DNA of 64,000 bases from a virus (IMGVR_UViG_3300037755_000591:17365-81364); one strand, 5' to 3'; shown: positions 9,701-18,478, numbered from the stretch's first letter. Program-made: numbers and translations. Notes: a model not told the origin generated them from the letters alone.

Positions 9701-11050
9701 GTGACATACTCTCCCCGTTAAAAACGGGGAGCATCTGACGTTAGCGCCGAATGCTCTGTTGACCAGAGTCTTCTATCGACTGAGACAGTATGAGGCGATG
9801 CCCCGCCTCTAAAATGTTTAATGCTGCGTTGTGGTCACGATCTAGCACAATGCCACAGTCAGTGCATTCAAAAACGCGGTCTTTTAATTCCAGTTTTTGT
9901 TTGCAACCGCAGGTTGAACACTTACCAGTGGTGCGTTCCCATCGGTCGATGAACAACACCTCTTTGCCACGCTTGAAGGCAACCCATTGCAAAATCTTGA
10001 TGAACTGTGCAAAACCCAAATCGGATACCTTGCGCCCCCACAAGCGTTTCATACCTGCTAGACTCAAGTCCTCAAATACCAGCGTATCGTATTGGTCACA
10101 CAAATCATGCGCCAATTGAAAGTGAAAGTTTAATCGTTTATCACTGATACGAATATGACGACGGGCAAGATGCCGTTTGCCTTGATACTGGTTCTCGGAG
10201 CATTTGCTTTTCTTGGAGACTTGCTTTTGTATTTGACGCAAGCGCGGTAAGTCCTGCTTGAAAAACTCTGGCGCGTCTTCTTTGTGGCCTGTGTTGGTGG
10301 TGAGAAAGGTCTTTAATCCAAAATCAAAACCGCCGATTTGACCTGTGCTGATTTTGTCTGGAACTGCCATTTTCTCAACAACTGAAAAGCAAAGCCACAA
10401 GTTACCTACTGCATCGCGCTTAATGGTGACAGTTTTTATATCACCTTGTAATGGACGATGATAGACAAATTTGTAGTTGGTTTTGCCAATGCTGATTTTA
10501 CGATGTTGCTTGGTGGGTGTTTCATCATGCAATTTCCAACCTGCTTGTTTTAAAGTAAAGGAACTATATCGCTTGACCTTCTTGAAACGCGGCAATCCAC
10601 CTTCTTTTGCAAAGAAGCGTTGATAGGCTTTTTCGTGACGCTCAATTATATCCTGTACGGCTTGAGAGCCTAACTTGCGCCAATACGCATACTTCTCGGT
10701 TTGCATTCGTAGTTTAGCGATATGTTTCTTCATTCGGTTTTCGGAGATGTGCTTGCCAAACAAATGATAGTAGCGTTTTTGCAAAGCGGTAACGTGATTC
10801 CAGACGATGCCAGCAATATTAATCTGGTCATGCAAACGAAAATCTCGCCTTGAGCGATACAAACGATACTTGTAGGTTTTACGGACTTCGATTATGCTTG
10901 GCATAGCTTTAACCCCGTTACGGTTGAAGGGTCAGTGGGTGTTTCAGCACCGCGACTGACACTCCACATTTTAACACACTTGTTCCAGAAATACTAGCCA
11001 TTACGCCTTATATCCCCCGTTTGAAAACGGGAGTTTTACGGCGTTTTTCG
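9701..11050 (-). mobile_element. IS200/IS605-family element, TnpB only (IS1341-like, non-autonomous), 1350 bp
   Basis: Related subterminal hairpins at 11014-11033 (left end) and 9711-9731 (right end); left flank ends TTAT, element ends TCAC; no tnpA. Confidence 0.85.
9741..10904 (-). CDS. tnpB: TnpB RNA-guided endonuclease
   Basis: KTYKYRLY N-terminus; RuvC D (GFDFGL), E (VFEDL), D (DRDHNAA); CSTC/CTDC zinc finger. Confidence 0.95.
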   Translation of the reverse strand: MPSIIEVRKTYKYRLYRSRRDFRLHDQINIAGIVWNHVTALQKRYYHLFGKHISENRMKKHIAKLRMQTEKYAYWRKLGSQAVQDIIERHEKAYQRFFAKEGGLPRFKKVKRYSSFTLKQAGWKLHDETPTKQHRKISIGKTNYKFVYHRPLQGDIKTVTIKRDAVGNLWLCFSVVEKMAVPDKISTGQIGGFDFGLKTFLTTNTGHKEDAPEFFKQDLPRLRQIQKQVSKKSKCSENQYQGKRHLARRHIRISDKRLNFHFQLAHDLCDQYDTLVFEDLSLAGMKRLWGRKVSDLGFAQFIKILQWVAFKRGKEVLFIDRWERTTGKCSTCGCKQKLELKDRVFECTDCGIVLDRDHNAALNILEAGHRLILSQSIEDSGQQSIRR

Positions 11051-11220
11051 ATAAGGTATTCTTCCTGATGCTCGATGATGGTGAAACGGGTTTCCCCGTT
11101 GCCGGAAAATCGAATAGCCATCAACCCAATGTGGGAATTAGCATACCATTGGTATTCATGGCCGCTTAGCCGTCCTAAACTCAATAGAAGATTTCTTATG
11201 AAAAACATAGTGTCCACCAA
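11008..11220 (-). CDS. small hypothetical protein whose last codon was hit by the IS
   Basis: ORF runs into the IS left end; the reconstructed empty site TAC CTT AT|A TAA would stop it at EEYLI. Confidence 0.5.
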   Translation of the reverse strand: MVDTMFFIRNLLLSLGRLSGHEYQWYANSHIGLMAIRFSGNGETRFTIIEHQEEYLIEKRRKTPVFKRGI

Positions 11221-11253
11221 AACGTTGTCAGCAAAATTGTATCACACTACTAT

Positions 11254-11742
11254 TCACTTACAAACCTCTTTGCTGCCGTCTGTGTGATACAGTATGCCCG
11301 GAATGCCAAACTGCTTACACGCTTCAAACGTGTGGCGCGTACCACGCGAATGATTATGGCACAAGCCAAGAAAGCCATTCGCCGGGGCTTTCGATGCAAG
11401 TTGTGCCATGGCCTTATCACGAATTACATAACACGATCCAGAGATATTTCCGCCCTGCACTAACCAAGTGATCTTGTCAAGAATACCTTCCCGTGAACGC
11501 AATCCCCCATTCACCTCACAACCCACCGCGATCATCTTATGATAATCTCGCTGGACAACCGCACGCCACACCAAGGTATCTATACCTCGTGCATCGCCTA
11601 CAATGATCCAGAAGTCTCGTTTGATTGCTTCATCAACTGCAAAAAGCGCAAAGTTATCTCGGTTCTCTAAACTTCTGGAACCTGAGATAACTAATGCACC
11701 TTTGTTTTGAATAAGCTCAACTAATTTCGGAGGTATCATCAC
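11254..11742 (-). CDS. SLOG-family (YspA/DUF2493-like) nucleotide-binding protein
   Basis: ISGSR, IIVGDARGID, RDKAM, GTRHT motifs. Confidence 0.7.
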   Translation of the reverse strand: MMIPPKLVELIQNKGALVISGSRSLENRDNFALFAVDEAIKRDFWIIVGDARGIDTLVWRAVVQRDYHKMIAVGCEVNGGLRSREGILDKITWLVQGGNISGSCYVIRDKAMAQLASKAPANGFLGLCHNHSRGTRHTFEACKQFGIPGILYHTDGSKEVCK

Positions 11743-12119
11743 CCGCCAGCACGACTCCTGCCCTGTCTTTGGTTTGCTAGCATTGATTCTCTAAACTCGT
11801 CACTAACGACTTCCCGCGCACCTGCCACTTCTTGAGCAAATTGTCGGGCGGGGAGCCTGCCAGTTTCTAGGCGATTCACCAGTATATCGAAGCGTTGCTC
11901 AAATCGTTGAATCGCATCTTCGATAAGATGATTTAAATGTTCGTTTGGGTCTGTAACATCAATTTCACGCCTGTCGAGGGCCATCAACGCCATCACTAGA
12001 ATTTCTCGCTGGTTAAAACCTTTTTCTTGTAGGCGCTCAATAATTTCAATTGCCAAGTTTTGATCCTCATCATTCTCATTCAACTTGGCTTGAAAGTGAA
12101 CGCTTCGTCGCATAGACAT
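11739..12119 (-). CDS. ParR-like DNA-binding adaptor
   Basis: Start MSMRRS at 12119 after GGAGG; N-terminal ribbon-helix-helix-like pattern; directly downstream of parM. Confidence 0.6.
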   Translation of the reverse strand: MSMRRSVHFQAKLNENDEDQNLAIEIIERLQEKGFNQREILVMALMALDRREIDVTDPNEHLNHLIEDAIQRFEQRFDILVNRLETGRLPARQFAQEVAGAREVVSDEFRESMLANQRQGRSRAGG

Positions 12120-12130
12120 TATCAGACCTC

Positions 12131-13165
12131 CTATATGGCATTCATTGATTCTAACAAACGCCACAACTTCATTCCACCCCGCACATTCGCTAGGTGTGCA
12201 GTGGACAAATCTTCAGCTAACATAACGTTAGCATGATCTAAAATGTCCTGCAAGTATGTATATAACATCGCCGACCCGCCACCAGTCAGAACAATAGTGT
12301 CAAATGGAGTCGGACCACCGGCCCGATTTTGATATGTCGAATGAATGCGGTTGATAAGTCCAGAAATCGCCTGCGCTACTTCTTCCTGACAGGGATATTG
12401 TTTGCCCCCGCCTTCGAAAATCCCGGTCGCGATTGCATTCCGTAAGCGCTCAGGAACAAATACTGCCGAGTTGCGAAACTCGTCCCGGTAACGATCACGC
12501 AATGCCAACTCAAATGATTGTATCGTCTCGTTGATTCCGATATTTTCCGAGAAATCCAATCCGAGGTTAATCTGTCCACCCGGATCAACCCCGATGAAGT
12601 CTGTTGTAACTCCCCCCACGTCTATCACCAAGGCAGTGCCTTCTTGTACGCGACCATTTTTGTAGTGCTGCCCATCTTCCGCTAACACCACATTCATCAG
12701 CCCGCCAACCGGTTCTTCAAATGTGTTCACATGATCGACAGCAAAACGATACTTACGTTTTCCATGCTCGATTTCCCAATCGAACATGACAGCATCCATC
12801 AAACTATCGCGATAAGTTATATCTCGTGGAGGATGACTACCATAGAGGTAAATTTCCTGACTGGAGTCATATAATCTCACCAGCGCCGCCGCCATCAGCA
12901 CACCATAATAATCTGCCGTGTAACGCGCTGCACCAGAACGCACGCTCCGACGATGCCCATGTGACTCGGCTTTGTCGCCGACCACAAACGGAACTCCGTT
13001 AACGCAGAGATAATCAATAGGAGGTTTCCCCCCCGTCCTTTTAAGAACGTGTTCATATTCCGTTTCCGATAGCTGGACGAGGGCATGTCGAAAACTGACC
13101 TCACTCGATGCAGATTTAGCTTTTATAATCGCATTGCCTGCATCTAACACTACTACTCTGTACAT
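12131..13165 (-). CDS. parM: ParM/StbA actin-like partition ATPase
   Basis: Start MYRVV at 13165; LDAGNAIIK, FEEPVGG, IDVGGVTTD, LTGGGS actin-fold motifs. Confidence 0.9.
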   Translation of the reverse strand: MYRVVVLDAGNAIIKAKSASSEVSFRHALVQLSETEYEHVLKRTGGKPPIDYLCVNGVPFVVGDKAESHGHRRSVRSGAARYTADYYGVLMAAALVRLYDSSQEIYLYGSHPPRDITYRDSLMDAVMFDWEIEHGKRKYRFAVDHVNTFEEPVGGLMNVVLAEDGQHYKNGRVQEGTALVIDVGGVTTDFIGVDPGGQINLGLDFSENIGINETIQSFELALRDRYRDEFRNSAVFVPERLRNAIATGIFEGGGKQYPCQEEVAQAISGLINRIHSTYQNRAGGPTPFDTIVLTGGGSAMLYTYLQDILDHANVMLAEDLSTAHLANVRGGMKLWRLLESMNAI

Positions 13166-13187
13166 TTTAAAACCCCTTTGTTTATAT

Positions 13188-13237
13188 TGGTATACAAGTA
13201 TATATACCAGTATACCGCTGATAAACTCAGGGGTCAA
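13188..13237 (-). promoter_or_regulatory. parMR promoter with overlapping TATAC repeats (candidate operator/centromere)
   Basis: TTGACC-17 bp-TATACT; inverted repeat TGGTATA/TATACCA at 13188-13209 and GTATACC at 13210-13216. Confidence 0.65.
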
Positions 13238-13447
13238 TAACCAAATGGTTTTCCTCTAGGTTGACAGGAATTACACCTGCATCTGATGATCCTATGTCAT
13301 CTGTTTTTGTGAGAGTGCTTCTGCTGTTAGGCATACACTTAAACTACAATCTGAAGGAACTTGTTTGCGTGCATCTATTGTCGCGCCGCTAGTCAGTGAC
13401 CTTGGAAGGATGCTAGGGTACTCGTGGCTCAGCACGATAGCGCCACC

Positions 13448-13500
13448 TGAAACGTAGGGGGACTCGACCCCCCTTCTACCCGGCTTTCACCGCTACGTCA
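13448..13500 (-). ncRNA. anticodon-less tRNA-like element
   Basis: TGACGTA G CGGT-GAAA-GCCG GGTAGAA GGGGG-GTCGAGT-CCCCC TACGTTT CA: acceptor-like stem, GNRA hairpin, T-arm. Confidence 0.45.
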
Positions 13501-13854
13501 AAACGGAAGATCATCGACATCATCATCGGTTATCGGGCCGTATTCATATTCGTAATCGTCAACATCACCCGAATCCGGTTGGGAAGTTTCGGGAATTTGC
13601 AGTCGCCAAGGTTCAATAGCTTTGGGTTTAAATGCTCGAACTGCAAGCAGCATGGTAGCTTCATCGGTTGGTGTCACCGAGTATATGGCCGTTGGATTAA
13701 AAAATTTAGTGAATGGCTCACAGTCGTCAACTTCTGGCACATCAATGCGTGCCATCTCAGCGCCTAATACTTTCTCGGTTGAAACAAAACCGGCAATTCG
13801 TTGCCTACCAAATAATTCGATGATGCAGGGTGTTCTATCATTCACGGATACCAC
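13498..13854 (-). CDS. hypothetical phage protein
   Basis: 118-aa ORF with acidic tail ending DDLPF. Confidence 0.75.
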   Translation of the reverse strand: MVSVNDRTPCIIELFGRQRIAGFVSTEKVLGAEMARIDVPEVDDCEPFTKFFNPTAIYSVTPTDEATMLLAVRAFKPKAIEPWRLQIPETSQPDSGDVDDYEYEYGPITDDDVDDLPF

Positions 13855-14461
13855 CTCCTTCGATGAAGCGTTCTGGATAACGCTTAGCTAATTTTTCGAT
13901 ATTTTTACCAGCAATTTGTTGAAGATCAAATTTATTGATACTAACAATCCATGTCAAGCCAAAAAGAACGTTCATTAGTTCCATCTCTAATACGTAGTCA
14001 CAAATCTTATTTTCCTGAAGGAAATCCGCATCGAAGATTTGTGCCAATTTGCCAATAGTCTTGCTTAGGAGAATAATCGCAGCAATTTCATCACGCACTG
14101 GATCGTCTATCATCTCGAAACCATAATTCTCCCCTGCCACATGTTTTTGGAAGGTCGAGAACGTAACTGGTGGCGCAACATCGCCACGTAGTAAATCCTT
14201 GGTCACAATATAACCAAGGTCCGCTTCATACGCTGAGGCGAACTCAGCCAGATACCACAACACATCGCCAGCTTCGCTTTCAAATTTATCAGACTCAAAT
14301 GGTGTGCCGTGAAAATCGCGCTTCTTGAGCAATTCCACAAGCTCCCCACTTTCGCCGATCAAACCCCACAGGGCATTTTGTTTCCGCCGCCCGCCATCCA
14401 TAAGCTGTCCAGATGTGCGGGCCGCAAGTCGTTGATATGTAGAAATCATGCCATTGAACAT
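13838..14461 (-). CDS. MazG-like nucleotide pyrophosphohydrolase (duplicated fold)
   Basis: LWGLIGESGELVELLKK...EAGDVLWY; second half ELMNVLF...NIEKLAKRYP. Confidence 0.85.
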   Translation of the reverse strand: MFNGMISTYQRLAARTSGQLMDGGRRKQNALWGLIGESGELVELLKKRDFHGTPFESDKFESEAGDVLWYLAEFASAYEADLGYIVTKDLLRGDVAPPVTFSTFQKHVAGENYGFEMIDDPVRDEIAAIILLSKTIGKLAQIFDADFLQENKICDYVLEMELMNVLFGLTWIVSINKFDLQQIAGKNIEKLAKRYPERFIEGGGIRE

Positions 14462-14500
14462 CTTGTTTGCTCCACAAAACCACCTAGTCAGTTGGCTAGG

Positions 14501-14917
14501 TTAGAAAGGAATATCCTCGATTTCAAAGTCTAAGTCTCCACCAAATGAGTTATCAGTTGGTGGCTGTACAGGGCCATTATTACTTGAGGCAGAGTTGAGG
14601 AATTTAATACTCTGAGCTGTAAGTTTTAATTGTGCGGCCATGGTTCCATCTTGACGTTGATAGGCATATGGGATGTCCATTTCGCCTTCAACCAAAACCT
14701 GTGAGCCTTTGCGAAGATACTCATGGCAAGCCTTTGCTTGTCCGCTCCACACAGACACATCAAACCAAACTGTCTTCGACTTTTTCTGGTTCGTGTTTGT
14801 GTCGTACCATGTCTTTGTAGTGGCTACTGAGAAAGAACAGGCCGCTTTGCCAGCGCTGGTATAACGTAGTTCAGGATCGCGCCCCAAATTACCAACAATC
14901 ACAATCTTCTGGAACAT
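14501..14917 (-). CDS. ssb: single-stranded DNA-binding protein
   Basis: IIVGNLGRDPELRYT, KGSQVLVEG, acidic C-terminus DIPF. Confidence 0.95.
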   Translation of the reverse strand: MFQKIVIVGNLGRDPELRYTSAGKAACSFSVATTKTWYDTNTNQKKSKTVWFDVSVWSGQAKACHEYLRKGSQVLVEGEMDIPYAYQRQDGTMAAQLKLTAQSIKFLNSASSNNGPVQPPTDNSFGGDLDFEIEDIPF

Positions 14918-15193
14918 TTAGAATAATTCCTCATAGGTAAACTTCCGGTTGACTTGATTAGAATATTGGCCGATGCAAAGCGCATGATCCGAACCGGGAG
15001 CGATCAAGTTGACGTAGACCCCGTGAATATGCTCATAACCAACAAGCGCGTAGTCGTTGCTGATGACCGGCATATCTTCTAAAATCATCCACTCAATTAA
15101 ATCGTCGCGGATATATAAAGCGATGTCCCCAAGGGGGATGCCCTGATCCAACATTTCTTGGATCATGAGCGTTATTTTTTCGTGCATTGACAT
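14918..15193 (-). CDS. hypothetical protein
   Basis: 91-aa ORF abutting ssb. Confidence 0.6.
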   Translation of the reverse strand: MSMHEKITLMIQEMLDQGIPLGDIALYIRDDLIEWMILEDMPVISNDYALVGYEHIHGVYVNLIAPGSDHALCIGQYSNQVNRKFTYEELF

Positions 15194-15241
15194 AAGTTTG
15201 CACCTGTTACACAGTTGGTTGATTTAATAATCCTACGCCAC

Positions 15242-15270
15242 ATTATAACGCAAATCAACCAATGTGTGAA
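15242..15270 (-). promoter_or_regulatory. sigma70-type promoter for the ssb/mazG block
   Basis: TTCACA-17 bp-TATAAT. Confidence 0.7.
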
Positions 15271-15530
15271 AATTGTAAATTCGCAACGTGGTATATATTG
15301 GCGACATGCTCAGGAAGTACCTGCTCAGAATAATCTAAAAGCCAAATCGAGAACTGATCCCACAAATCTATAGGCAGATTACGGTAAATCGTAATCACAC
15401 ACACCTCATGACTGACTGCAACGAAGATGTCATTTAACCAGCCTAAACCTATCTGTCGGTCATATTCTTGCTGCACACGCTCCATTGCCTGCTTCGCTTT
15501 AGTAAGTAGAATATCAGCATTGGCTAACAT
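15255..15530 (-). CDS. hypothetical protein
   Basis: 91-aa ORF coupled to the dnaB stop. Confidence 0.55.
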   Translation of the reverse strand: MLANADILLTKAKQAMERVQQEYDRQIGLGWLNDIFVAVSHEVCVITIYRNLPIDLWDQFSIWLLDYSEQVLPEHVANIYHVANLQFSHIG

Positions 15531-16843
15531 TAGAACATCCCCAAGTCAATCTTGCTGTCATCAATGTGGTTGAAGTAAACCAAACGCTTAGGATCAAAGT
15601 TGACATCTACTAATCCCATTGGCCCATTACGCTGTTTGTTTATGCGTAATCGGCGCAGGCGGGATTGTGATTCGCCAACATAGCTTTCGGTATCGTCATC
15701 AATTTCAATCGTCATTACCACATCTGTATGATGCCCAATCCCTCGACTTTCCCGTAATTGTCCACTCTCATTCAATTGCGACCCGGTTACTATCGCAATA
15801 TTGTACAGCATGGACATTTCTTTCAATTCCCGTGCAATTGAACTCAAGAACTGTTCGCGATTCATTCCGCGTGGAGTATTTTCCGCATGGGCCAGTTGTA
15901 GATAATCATAAACAACAATATGGAGTTCACCTTTGAGCATCAATCTTTCGATCATAACCCGAAGCTCACTTAAGGTGCATGGCTTATCGACATAAGTGAT
16001 CGGCAAACTCGATAATTCCCCGATAGCGCGAGTAAAATCATTCTGCTCTTTTTCATTCAACTGGCGCGAAGCTTGGATTTTTGTATCCAGTTCTACTTGA
16101 TACGCTACCTGCCGCGAAATAATTTCGCTGACCGGCATTTCGAGGCTAACAATCAGGCTTGAGTAGCCTTTCTTCGCACCATTCAAAGCAAAGGTCATCA
16201 TCATGACCGATTTCCCCGCACTTGTAGCCCCCGCCACAACATGCAGTCCCCCTATGTGTAGTCCGCCCCCCAACTTACGATCTAAATCTATCAGTCCAGT
16301 TGGTATGCGGCGCGACTGACCACTCATTACTTCTTCAAAGTAATCCGTCACAGCTTGGGTCTGACTAATTAAATTACTCCTGTGATTTTCGTGTGATAAT
16401 GCCACGAGACTTTCCCACATCTCGTTAAGCATTTCTTGGGTGGATTTGTTCTCATTCATGGCCATATGGGCAAAATCTGTACCCAATGACACGACTTTCC
16501 GCCTAAATGACAATCGCTGGATGCTCTTTGCATACGAGGGGGCTGCTGTGATAAATCCCATTGGCGTGTTGTTGATTAGGTATGTCAGATAGGCATATCC
16601 CCCCAGTTCTTCATACTTGCCCATCTGTTTGAGTTCGTCTCCGACCGTGATGTTATCAATAATTTCATCACGCATGTCCAGCCCAAGCATCGCCATATAA
16701 ACCCATTGATTGCGTAAAATATAGAAATCGTTGGGTCGTAGCAATTCGAATATCTGCCGATTGAGCGTCGCATCTCCGTGCAACATAGCACCAAGACAAA
16801 CTTCCTCAGCCTCGATACTGCTGATAAGTTCCAGATTCGACAT
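15530..16843 (-). CDS. dnaB: DnaB-like replicative helicase
   Basis: AEEVCLGAML, Walker A AGATSAGKS, SLEMP, VVYDYLQL, LKEMS, SQLN...LRESRGI, KQRNGP; TAATG coupling to the initiator. Confidence 0.95.
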   Translation of the reverse strand: MSNLELISSIEAEEVCLGAMLHGDATLNRQIFELLRPNDFYILRNQWVYMAMLGLDMRDEIIDNITVGDELKQMGKYEELGGYAYLTYLINNTPMGFITAAPSYAKSIQRLSFRRKVVSLGTDFAHMAMNENKSTQEMLNEMWESLVALSHENHRSNLISQTQAVTDYFEEVMSGQSRRIPTGLIDLDRKLGGGLHIGGLHVVAGATSAGKSVMMMTFALNGAKKGYSSLIVSLEMPVSEIISRQVAYQVELDTKIQASRQLNEKEQNDFTRAIGELSSLPITYVDKPCTLSELRVMIERLMLKGELHIVVYDYLQLAHAENTPRGMNREQFLSSIARELKEMSMLYNIAIVTGSQLNESGQLRESRGIGHHTDVVMTIEIDDDTESYVGESQSRLRRLRINKQRNGPMGLVDVNFDPKRLVYFNHIDDSKIDLGMF

Positions 16844-18057
16844 TATGCCATCTCCTGAGTCTTGGTACATTCACAGGCAGCTTGTCCAAGTATGATGCCT
16901 GCGGTATCATAAACATATTTCCGGCCCCGATCACATTTCCCGCAGTACTGCCGTTGTCCAGACTCCTGACGAACGGACGGATTAGGCTCCATATGTTGCG
17001 TTTTTGCAATCCGAAACGCGGCAAACTTCTCTGCAAGTTTATTTTCTGATAATACAAAGTTCGCACCTGAATTATGCTTTTTATACCATGCAGCAAACTC
17101 TTTAAACTCCTGAACTGTAATCGCCTGTTCAATATCCATCGCAGTGAGGGAATCTAACAATACCGCTATGCGACCCGTGATCGCTTGTTGCTGGGCCGGC
17201 GTTGCCTTGTCCCAATTTTTGATACCCCATCCATGATAGGCGGTGAGTATCCAGAACGGATTTTGACCTTTCTCGTCCCTCACCGCTAGCAAACGGGACT
17301 TCGGTTCATCGGGAGACTTAGGTTTACGTCCGGGCTTCTTCTTTTTCGGGGATTCTTTCGTGGGTCGTACAGAGGTATTTTTGGTGTCCGTATCTTCGGG
17401 CAGTTTTTTGCCTGAAGGAATACTGGTTGATTCATTAGTTGATTCTAGTTGATTTAATGGAGTCTGTCCGACATCCTTAGACTCAGTCTGTCCGACAACC
17501 TTAGTTGGGGTGTACCCGACAGACTCAGTATGTGTGACATCCTTAGTCTGTTCGACAGTCTGAGTACGGCGTGCTTTTTCCGTTCGCTTTTTGTCGGCGA
17601 CTTTGCGTTTTTCATATCGTTGGTGCATTTGTTTCCAACAAATTGTATCTGGATCAACAACAAGCCGATAGCTTTGTCCATATTGAGGATGAGGCTCCCC
17701 CTCTGGAATTAATAAGTTTAATTGTTCTAGTACACCTAGGCAATTCTGTACTGTACGACGATTCTTTCCACACCCATTATGATACGGGTTGTTTTCGATT
17801 CCATCGGTGAAGTCTTTTAGTGATATATTTGCTGTAACAGCGCGAGTGCCATCATCTTTGCGCCAGCCGATAGTATGTCGAATAGCATAACTATACACCT
17901 TCCATTCCGGGTCTGTGAGATATGGCATCATAAAATCCACAAACACATTCTGGTTAATGGTGCGAGGGTTGAAAAGATCATACGATGGGATAGCATGATC
18001 CACAGTCATAACTTCGCTCCGAGTTTCTTCAGTTGATTCGGTTCCACCATTATACAT
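16843..18057 (-). CDS. replication initiator (lambda O/replisome-organiser-like)
   Basis: N-terminal wHTH (MPYLTDPEWKVYSYAIRHTIGW...ISLKDF); internal DNA iterons; upstream of dnaB. Confidence 0.8.
   Translation of the reverse strand: MYNGGTESTEETRSEVMTVDHAIPSYDLFNPRTINQNVFVDFMMPYLTDPEWKVYSYAIRHTIGWRKDDGTRAVTANISLKDFTDGIENNPYHNGCGKNRRTVQNCLGVLEQLNLLIPEGEPHPQYGQSYRLVVDPDTICWKQMHQRYEKRKVADKKRTEKARRTQTVEQTKDVTHTESVGYTPTKVVGQTESKDVGQTPLNQLESTNESTSIPSGKKLPEDTDTKNTSVRPTKESPKKKKPGRKPKSPDEPKSRLLAVRDEKGQNPFWILTAYHGWGIKNWDKATPAQQQAITGRIAVLLDSLTAMDIEQAITVQEFKEFAAWYKKHNSGANFVLSENKLAEKFAAFRIAKTQHMEPNPSVRQESGQRQYCGKCDRGRKYVYDTAGIILGQAACECTKTQEMA
17426..17563. repeat. candidate replication origin: five iterons plus AT-rich repeats
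   Basis: GTCTGTCCGACA-like units at 17462, 17486, 17510, 17528, 17546; GTTGATT at 17426, 17438, 17448. Confidence 0.75.
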
Positions 18058-18100
18058 GAAATTCGTTTCCTTTCAGTTCCCCAAAGCAACTTTATAAACG

Positions 18101-18184
18101 TTGCTTTATAAACTTAGTTGTAGTAAACTATTTACTAATACTACAAGCCGTGCCGCTGCCTTCTTGCCGGGGCAGCTTTTTTTT
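18101..18184 (+). ncRNA. candidate antisense RNA unit over the initiator leader
   Basis: TTGCTT-17 bp-TAAACT promoter (18101-18129); GCTGCC/GGCAGC hairpin plus T8 (18155-18184) on the strand opposite the genes. Confidence 0.6.
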
Positions 18185-18196
18185 GCTAGAAGCCTA

Positions 18197-18463
18197 TCAA
18201 GAGACTTCGGCTTCATAGACACGGATACAATCTTGCCAGCTTTCCTCAAAATAATCAGCTAACAAGAATACAGCATTGGGTATTCCAGACAACACAACGC
18301 CGCCCTCCTGAATATATTTTTCAATCGTCACACGAGATACATGAGTATCAAGGTTGATACGATATAGGGTGGGTTTACCTGCCTTTTCCCATGCGTCTCG
18401 CAGGTTAACATGTACCTTGGTCGTTGTCTTTGTTCCGCTACGCAAATTAAAAACTCCTTTCAT
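18197..18463 (-). CDS. XRE/Cro-like HTH regulator
   Basis: TLYRINLDTHVSRVTIEKY HTH; first gene of the leftward operon. Confidence 0.7.
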   Translation of the reverse strand: MKGVFNLRSGTKTTTKVHVNLRDAWEKAGKPTLYRINLDTHVSRVTIEKYIQEGGVVLSGIPNAVFLLADYFEESWQDCIRVYEAEVS

Positions 18464-18478
18464 TAAACAACAAATTAC

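Noticed and set aside
9699-11052. 2-bp AT target duplication (IS607-like insertion)
   Set aside because: AT occurs at both junctions, but the subterminal hairpins and guide tetranucleotides fit Y1-transposase ends TTAT and TCAC, which make no duplication.
13283-13340. Hammerhead ribozyme suggested by CTGATGA
   Set aside because: No stem II followed by GAAA and no closing stems.
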